Shown: positions 58,386-64,000 of the stretch, in pieces
How the letters are laid out: every line of letters starts with the position of its first letter
How positions within the stretch are numbered: position 1 is the stretch's first letter
Program-made: the position numbers and the translations under genes
Assembly: GCA_045587185.1 (NCBI GenBank)
Contig: JAZNBS010000050.1
Location: forward strand, 6,564-70,563
Source: Acutalibacteraceae bacterium
GTDB lineage: Bacteria; Bacillota; Clostridia; Oscillospirales; Acutalibacteraceae
Direction: 5' to 3'
Length of the DNA stretch: 64,000 nucleotides
The notes under the pieces: model-generated
What the model was told of the DNA's origin: nothing
The model's input: the letters and a program-made list of their open reading frames with translations, nothing else
Database searches by the model: none

Positions 58386-59018
58386 CTATTTGTTAAGGTT
58401 ATAGCAAAGGGTCATAAGGCTATCACTCAAGTGGACGTTTTCAACACAAATATCTGGGAATTCAACCGAAAGGTCATAATGAGTGAAATTCCAAATACCT
58501 TTTATGCCTAAATTCACCAATGTTTCAGCAACATTGTGAGCCTCACTTCTTGGGATGCAAAGTATTGCCATGTCGGGTTTGTTTTCACGACAAAACTCGT
58601 CAAGTCGGTCCATATTATGAATTGGGAGATTCTGCACAGTCTGACCGGAAAGGGAAGGCTTTTTATCAAAAATACCGATAAGGCTAAAACCTTTGGTGGT
58701 CATATCAAAGTGCATTGCCAAGGCTTTGCCCATATGACCCGCACCGATTAGAATGGCTTTTTTGAGATGAGTTAATCCCAAAATCATACCGATTTCTTTC
58801 TGCAAAAGTTCGATATTATATCCATAGCCTTGCTGACCGAACTCACCAAAGCAGTTAAGATCCTGTCTTATTTGGCTTGCGGTAAGCCCCATAAGATTAG
58901 ATAATTCCTTGGAAGAAATTCTGTCAAGACCTTTTGAGCGAAGATCACCAAGAAATCTGTGGTATCTCGGAAGTCTCTTAATAACCGAGCTTGACACTGT
59001 TCGACCTTTATTGTTCAT
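58386..59018 (-). CDS. rex: Redox-sensing transcriptional repressor Rex
   Basis: VIKRLPRYHRFL winged helix and the Rossmann motif ILIGAGHMGKAL. Confidence 0.9.
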   Translation of the reverse strand: MNNKGRTVSSSVIKRLPRYHRFLGDLRSKGLDRISSKELSNLMGLTASQIRQDLNCFGEFGQQGYGYNIELLQKEIGMILGLTHLKKAILIGAGHMGKALAMHFDMTTKGFSLIGIFDKKPSLSGQTVQNLPIHNMDRLDEFCRENKPDMAILCIPRSEAHNVAETLVNLGIKGIWNFTHYDLSVEFPDICVENVHLSDSLMTLCYNLNK

Positions 59019-59055
59019 AATTCGGCACCTCCTCACAAAAATTCATATTAGGCAT

Positions 59056-60225
59056 TTATTCAGCCAACTTTTTAACTGTTTCCATTACGTAGTCGCCAAA
59101 CTCAGTACAGGTGCAACCGGTGTCACGGCCTGTGATTGACAGTTTCTTCTCAGAGTACATACAAATGTCAAGTGCCTTCTCCAAAAGATCGGCCTCGGCT
59201 TGTTTACCGATGTGTGAAAGCAACATAACAGCGGCACGAAGCATTGAGCAAGGATCGGCATACTTGTCGCGTCCTTCGAGCACCATTCTTGGAGCAGAGC
59301 CGTGGATAGCCTCAAACATGGCATACTTCTTACCGATGTTCGCACTACCTGCGGTGCCAACACCACCTTGGAACTCGGCGGCTTCGTCAGTTATGATGTC
59401 ACCGTAAAGGTTGGGGAGAACGAACACCTTAAAGTCTCTGCGACGCTTTTCGTCAATAAGTTTTGCGGTGGTGATATCAATATACCAGTCATCGGTGGTG
59501 ATTTCGGGATATTCCTCACCGATTTTCTGACAGGTCTTTAGGAATTTACCGTCGGTTGTTTTAATAACATTGGCCTTGGTAATGATGGAAACTCTTTCTT
59601 TCTTGTTCTTTCTTGCATACTCATAAGCAAGACGTGCTATTCTCTCGCAACCTTCGGATGTGGTAACAACAAAGTCAACCGCAAGATCATCAGTTACATT
59701 AATGCCCTGAGAACCAACGGCATAACCGCCCTCGGTGTTTTCGCGGAAGAATGTCCAGTCGATGCCCTGCTCGGGGACGCGAACGGGACGCAAGTTTGCA
59801 AAAAGGTCAAGTTCCTTACGCATTGCAACGTTAGCGCTCTCAATGTTAGGCCAAGGGTCACCTGCTCTGGGTGTGGTGGTGGGTCCTTTCAGAATAACGT
59901 GGCATTTTTTCAGTTCGGCCAAAACATCATCAGGGATAGCCTTACCGACAGCGGCACGGTTTTCAATGGTGAGTCCGTCAATTTCATTAAATACGATTTT
60001 ACCTGCTGCAACATCGTCGGCCAAAAGGAAACGGAGAACACGCTCGGCTTCGTGCGTGATAACAGGACCTATACCGTCACCGCCGCAAACACCGATGATG
60101 AGTTGATCTAAAGAATCGTAATCTACAAATTCTTTCTCAAGTTTAATTCTTTCGGCCCTTTCCTGTTGAGCAATAAGGAGTTTTTCAAATGAAGCAACGG
60201 CTTCGTTAATTTTATTTATATCCAT
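59056..60225 (-). CDS. icd: Isocitrate/isopropylmalate dehydrogenase family enzyme, probably isocitrate dehydrogenase
   Basis: GDGIGPV, ENTEG, NLYGDIITDEAA and GSAPRM motifs. Adjacent to aconitase. Confidence 0.8.
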   Translation of the reverse strand: MDINKINEAVASFEKLLIAQQERAERIKLEKEFVDYDSLDQLIIGVCGGDGIGPVITHEAERVLRFLLADDVAAGKIVFNEIDGLTIENRAAVGKAIPDDVLAELKKCHVILKGPTTTPRAGDPWPNIESANVAMRKELDLFANLRPVRVPEQGIDWTFFRENTEGGYAVGSQGINVTDDLAVDFVVTTSEGCERIARLAYEYARKNKKERVSIITKANVIKTTDGKFLKTCQKIGEEYPEITTDDWYIDITTAKLIDEKRRRDFKVFVLPNLYGDIITDEAAEFQGGVGTAGSANIGKKYAMFEAIHGSAPRMVLEGRDKYADPCSMLRAAVMLLSHIGKQAEADLLEKALDICMYSEKKLSITGRDTGCTCTEFGDYVMETVKKLAE

Positions 60226-60246
60226 TTTAATTTACCTCTCTTAAAT

Positions 60247-62193
60247 TTACTTTGAGCATTCCTTGGTATAGCCCAAGAGACCGCCTGCAAGGATAATATC
60301 TCTTGAACGTCCTGAAAGTTGAGGAATAACCTCAAACTCATCGCCGGTTGTCTTGTTCTTCAAGATAACAGTTTTTGAATTTTTAATGCAGTCTCTGATG
60401 TCGGGAAGTTCAAGGTCATCAAACTGCGAAATTTTATCATAATCCTCAGCATTTTTGAAGGTCAAAGGAAGAATTCCCGCATTGATAAGGTTTGCAGCGT
60501 GGATACGTGCAAATGACTTGGAGACAACGGCTTTGATGCCGAGGTAAAGCGGAACCAACGCAGCGTGCTCGCGAGAAGAACCCTGACCGTAGTTATCACC
60601 GCCGATAATGATGCCCTTGCCGTATTTTTTACAATTTTCAGGGAACTGCTCATCACAACGGGTGAAACAGAAGTTTGCGAGATAAGGAATGTTGGAACGG
60701 TAGGGGAGAATCTTTGCACCTGCAGGCATAATGTGGTCGGTTGTAATGTTATCACCGACTTTGAGAACCGCCTTGGCCTCAATGGAATCCCATAACGGTT
60801 CTGTTTTTGGGAAAGGTTTGATGTTCGGTCCGCGAAGAATTTCAACATTCTTTGCATCCTCAACAGAAGCGGGAGCGTCAACCATATTGTCATTTATAAG
60901 GAACTTATCGGGCAGACGGATGCTTTCAATGTCTGCGTCAAGTGTCCTTGGGTCGGTAAGATAACCTGTTAAAGCGGCTGCGGCAGCAGTCTCGGGGCTA
61001 ACGAGGTAAACTCCTGCGTCTGCAGTACCTGAACGACCTTCGAAATTACGGTTGAATGTTCTTAAAGAGATACCCTTGGAGTTAGGTGACTGACCCATTC
61101 CGATACAAGGTCCGCAAGCACATTCAAGAATACGGGCACCTGCAGCAATCAATTTTGACAATGCACCGCAATCGGCTAACATATTAAACACCTGTTTTGA
61201 GCCGGGCGCGATACCGACCGAAACCGAGGGGTCAACGGTTTTACCGTCCAAAATTGCGGCAACTTTAAGCATATCGTAAAGTGAGGAGTTGGTGCAACTG
61301 CCGATAAGCACCTGGTCAACCTTCATTCGACCGATATCATTGATTGATTTTACATTATCAGGCATATGAGGCATTGCGGCCAGTGGCTCCAATTTGGATA
61401 AATCAATGGAGATTTCTTTATCGTAAACTGCGTCGGCGTCACTAGATAGTTCTGTAAAATCTTCCTCACGGTTCTGTGCTTTCAAGAAAGCCTTGGTGAT
61501 TTCGTCTGAGGGGAAGATAGAGGTGGTAGCACCAAGTTCGGCACCCATATTGGTGATGGTAGCACGCTCGGGAACCGAAAGAGTCTTAACACCATCTCCC
61601 GCATACTCAACTATGTAACCGACACCGCCCTTAACGGTAAGTATTCTTAAAACCTCAAGAATAACGTCTTTTGCCGAAACAAAGGGTGAAAGTTTGCCAG
61701 AAAGATTTACTTTTATCATTTTGGGCATGGGTATGTAGTAAGCTCCGCCACCCATAGCAACAGCAACGTCCATACCGCCGGCACCGATGGCCAACATTCC
61801 GATACCGCCGCCTGTGGGGGTATGTGAATCAGAACCGATAAGAGTTTTACCGGGTTTGCCAAAACGTTCAAGATGAACCTGATGGCAGATACCGTTACCG
61901 GGACGGGAATAATAAATTCCGTGCTTTTTGGCGATAGATTGAATAAATCTGTGGTCGTCGGCATTTTCAAAGCCGGTCTGCAGAGTGTTATGGTCGATAT
62001 ATGCGACCGAACGCTCGGTTTTTACGCGGTCAACACCCATGGCTTCAAATTCAAGATAGGCCATTGTACCGGTGGCGTCCTGAGTCAGGGTCTGGTCAAT
62101 CTTAAGACCGACATCTTGTCCTGCTACCATCTCACCGTCAACAAGGTGAGCTTTAATGATTTTTTGTGCAATAGTAAGTCCCAAATTTTTCAT
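60247..62193 (-). CDS. Aconitate hydratase (about 650-aa aconitase-family enzyme)
   Basis: GSDSHT, IGSCTNS, CGPCIGMG and a swivel domain with GGDNYGQGSSREHAA. Confidence 0.9.
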   Translation of the reverse strand: MKNLGLTIAQKIIKAHLVDGEMVAGQDVGLKIDQTLTQDATGTMAYLEFEAMGVDRVKTERSVAYIDHNTLQTGFENADDHRFIQSIAKKHGIYYSRPGNGICHQVHLERFGKPGKTLIGSDSHTPTGGGIGMLAIGAGGMDVAVAMGGGAYYIPMPKMIKVNLSGKLSPFVSAKDVILEVLRILTVKGGVGYIVEYAGDGVKTLSVPERATITNMGAELGATTSIFPSDEITKAFLKAQNREEDFTELSSDADAVYDKEISIDLSKLEPLAAMPHMPDNVKSINDIGRMKVDQVLIGSCTNSSLYDMLKVAAILDGKTVDPSVSVGIAPGSKQVFNMLADCGALSKLIAAGARILECACGPCIGMGQSPNSKGISLRTFNRNFEGRSGTADAGVYLVSPETAAAAALTGYLTDPRTLDADIESIRLPDKFLINDNMVDAPASVEDAKNVEILRGPNIKPFPKTEPLWDSIEAKAVLKVGDNITTDHIMPAGAKILPYRSNIPYLANFCFTRCDEQFPENCKKYGKGIIIGGDNYGQGSSREHAALVPLYLGIKAVVSKSFARIHAANLINAGILPLTFKNAEDYDKISQFDDLELPDIRDCIKNSKTVILKNKTTGDEFEVIPQLSGRSRDIILAGGLLGYTKECSK

Positions 62194-62378
62194 CTCCTAA
62201 AAAAGATATTGTTTATTATCCTACAAAAATTGCAGTTTGTCAATATTTTAACACAACAAAAATGCAAAACTTATTAAATTTTTTAACAATCTTTCATTAC
62301 TTTGGTCTTTAAATTAAATTTGCCTTGTTTTTATGCACAAATTGTTGTATTATATCAATATATTAGGGAGTGAGACAT

Positions 62379-63287
62379 ATGATATTATCTTCTACTAACT
62401 GTGTACTTAACACAATTTTTGATAACGAAAAATCGGTAAAAATTTTGGCTAATGCGGGTTTTGATGCTGTTGATGTCTCATTGTGCAGTTGCAAACCTGA
62501 GGATAATTTTTATACTTGGGAGGATTATAGAGAAAAGGCTAAGGATATGCTGAGGGTTGCCAATGAGTACGGCATTTTCTTTAATCAGGCTCACGCATTT
62601 TTCCCGACTTCCTATCAAGACGATGAAAGAACCAAAATTGCGTATAACAATATTATAAAGGATTTTGAGATTGCTTCAATTCTTGGTGTTAAGATTATGG
62701 TGGTTCATCCGAAACATCATATTTATTATCCTGACGGCAATAATGCTGAAATTTTAAAACAACAAAATCTTGAGTTCTATAAATCACTCATTCCTTACTG
62801 TGAGAAGTACGGTATAACCGTTGCTACAGAAAATATGTGGCAACGAGGTAAATTAAACGGTGTTATAATTGACAGTACTTGCTCAAAAGGACCAGAGTTC
62901 TGTGAGTATATAGATATGCTTAACTCCAAGTGGATAACAGCCTGTCTTGATTTAGGTCATTGCGGTCTTGTGGGTCAAATTCCTCAGAATATGATACGTC
63001 AGTTAGGTCATAACCGCCTTGGCGCACTGCACGTTCACGATAATGACGGTAAAAACGATAACCATATTCAACCGATGGCTCCGTTTGTTTCATCTATAGA
63101 TTGGGAAGATGTTTGTAAAGCGTTGGCCGAGATTGATTATAAAGGTGATTTTACGTTTGAGGCTGAAAATATCTTTAAAAACTGCAATGAATATACAGTT
63201 GATGCTGTTGCCAAACACCTGCACGATATAGGCCGTTATCTGATTAGCAGAATAGAGTATTATAAGAGTGAAATAAAAGAACAGTAA
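62379..63287 (+). CDS. Sugar phosphate isomerase/epimerase (xylose-isomerase-like TIM barrel)
   Basis: An AP-endonuclease-2/TIM pattern with metal ligands in VATENM, CLDLGH and HVHDN. Confidence 0.7.
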   Translation: MILSSTNCVLNTIFDNEKSVKILANAGFDAVDVSLCSCKPEDNFYTWEDYREKAKDMLRVANEYGIFFNQAHAFFPTSYQDDERTKIAYNNIIKDFEIASILGVKIMVVHPKHHIYYPDGNNAEILKQQNLEFYKSLIPYCEKYGITVATENMWQRGKLNGVIIDSTCSKGPEFCEYIDMLNSKWITACLDLGHCGLVGQIPQNMIRQLGHNRLGALHVHDNDGKNDNHIQPMAPFVSSIDWEDVCKALAEIDYKGDFTFEAENIFKNCNEYTVDAVAKHLHDIGRYLISRIEYYKSEIKEQ

Positions 63288-63323
63288 ATCATTAACTATA
63301 ACATATTACCGTTATAAAATAGC

Positions 63324-63356
63324 AAGCACTTCAACCGTATGGCTGAAGTGCTTTTG
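63324..63356 (+). terminator. Rho-independent terminator
   Basis: aagcacttca-loop-tgaagtgctt followed by TT. Confidence 0.7.
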
Positions 63357-63419
63357 TCATATATTAACATCTAAGGTCAAAGAAAGTCAAACAATTTTTA
63401 GGAAAATTAAAAAAATCTA

Positions 63420-63447
63420 TTGACAATCAGGGAAAATGTGTTAATAT
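63420..63447 (+). promoter_or_regulatory. Candidate sigma-A promoter of the hrcA operon
   Basis: TTGACA, 16 bp, TAATAT. Confidence 0.6.
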
Positions 63448-63454
63448 ATAATTG

Positions 63455-63481
63455 TTAGCACTCAAGATAAGAGAGTGCTAA
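63455..63481 (+). promoter_or_regulatory. CIRCE operator upstream of hrcA
   Basis: Perfect TTAGCACTC-N9-GAGTGCTAA. Confidence 0.95.
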
Positions 63482-63500
63482 ATAGGAAGAGGGTGAAGGG

Positions 63501-64000
63501 ATGGAACTCAGCGACCGTAAAAAAATAATACTTGGTTCACTTATTAAGTATTACATCAAAACGGGTGAGCCGGTCGGTTCAAAGTCTTTGCTTGAACTTA
63601 CAGGTCTCGGTGTTTCTCCTGCGACACTCCGAAATGAAATGAGCGAACTGTGTGAACTTGGGCTACTTTGCCAACCTTATACATCTGCAGGCCGCCAGCC
63701 CACAAGTACGGGTTACAGTTTCTATTTTGAGAAACTGATGAAACGCAGGGAAGTTCCTTATGACCTGCAGTTGATTATTGACAAGATGTTGTCAGATGCC
63801 GCTAAGGACCCCGAAAACCTTGCTTCCATTGCGGGTCAGGTTTTGTCTGAACTTACCGGTTTGCCAACCTTGATGGCTACCGTCACTAAAGAAGAGACGT
63901 TTGTCAAACGCGTCGATATACTGCCAATGGGTCGCAGAACGGTTTTGCTTTTGCTTATCACTTCAGACGGTCAGGCCAAAAGCCGTATTTGCCGAAGTGC
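63501..64000 (+). CDS. hrcA: Heat-inducible transcription repressor HrcA (N-terminal part; runs off the window)
   Basis: MELSDRKKIILGSLIKYYIKTGEPVGSKSL...ATLRNEMSELCELGLL. No stop codon before base 64000. Confidence 0.9.
   Translation, partial: MELSDRKKIILGSLIKYYIKTGEPVGSKSLLELTGLGVSPATLRNEMSELCELGLLCQPYTSAGRQPTSTGYSFYFEKLMKRREVPYDLQLIIDKMLSDAAKDPENLASIAGQVLSELTGLPTLMATVTKEETFVKRVDILPMGRRTVLLLLITSDGQAKSRICRS

Noticed and set aside
62271-62289. Possible Rex operator TTATTAA-N5-TTAACAA upstream of the aconitase gene.
   Set aside because: The Rex consensus has 4-nt spacing (TTGTTAA-N4-TTAACAA). This site has the wrong spacing and a weak left half in an AT-rich region, so it is not convincing without a PWM scan.

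Overview
This is a chromosomal segment of an endospore-forming Firmicute. The gene content looks Clostridia-like: a yabM-mazG-hup-yabO-yabP-yabQ-divIC-yabR block, spoIIGA-sigE, cotJA-cotJB-cotJC, and CIRCE-controlled groESL and hrcA. Most of the window is tightly packed housekeeping: radical-SAM HemN-like, mtnN, fumarase alpha, a THUMP methyltransferase, tspO, tyrA, pncB, lon, engB, lysA, ogg, FMN-riboswitch/ribU, SAM-riboswitch/metK, pepD, two ABC exporters, maf, ylxM-ffh-rpsP-KH-rimM-trmD, ptsH, rex-icd-acn and tRNA-Pro(GGG). The outstanding feature is that the spore-coat gene cotJC is split into two collinear, in-phase halves (56599..56783 and 48655..49071, minus strand) by a 7,529-bp insertion. 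The insertion is flanked by a 12-bp near-identical direct repeat and has a large serine recombinase gene just inside one junction. It carries plasmid-type modules rather than phage genes: a MobV relaxase with a hairpin-dense oriT-like region, a RepL-like protein with iteron-like repeats, a double RHH protein and a NERD/topoisomerase-zinc-finger protein. I interpret it as a candidate skin-like sporulation intervening element derived from an integrative mobilizable plasmid. Joining the element ends gives a 40-bp imperfect palindrome centred on a shared CC, which is my predicted attP and crossover. Secondary observations include a second intact trmD paralogue 2 kb from the canonical one and a 30-bp in-frame tandem duplication between zinc ligands of a 1040-aa cell-wall amidase. 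There is also a cysteine-repeat surface protein. No CRISPR array, rRNA or phage structural genes were seen. All functional calls rest on reading motifs in the translated ORFs by eye. No database search was run.
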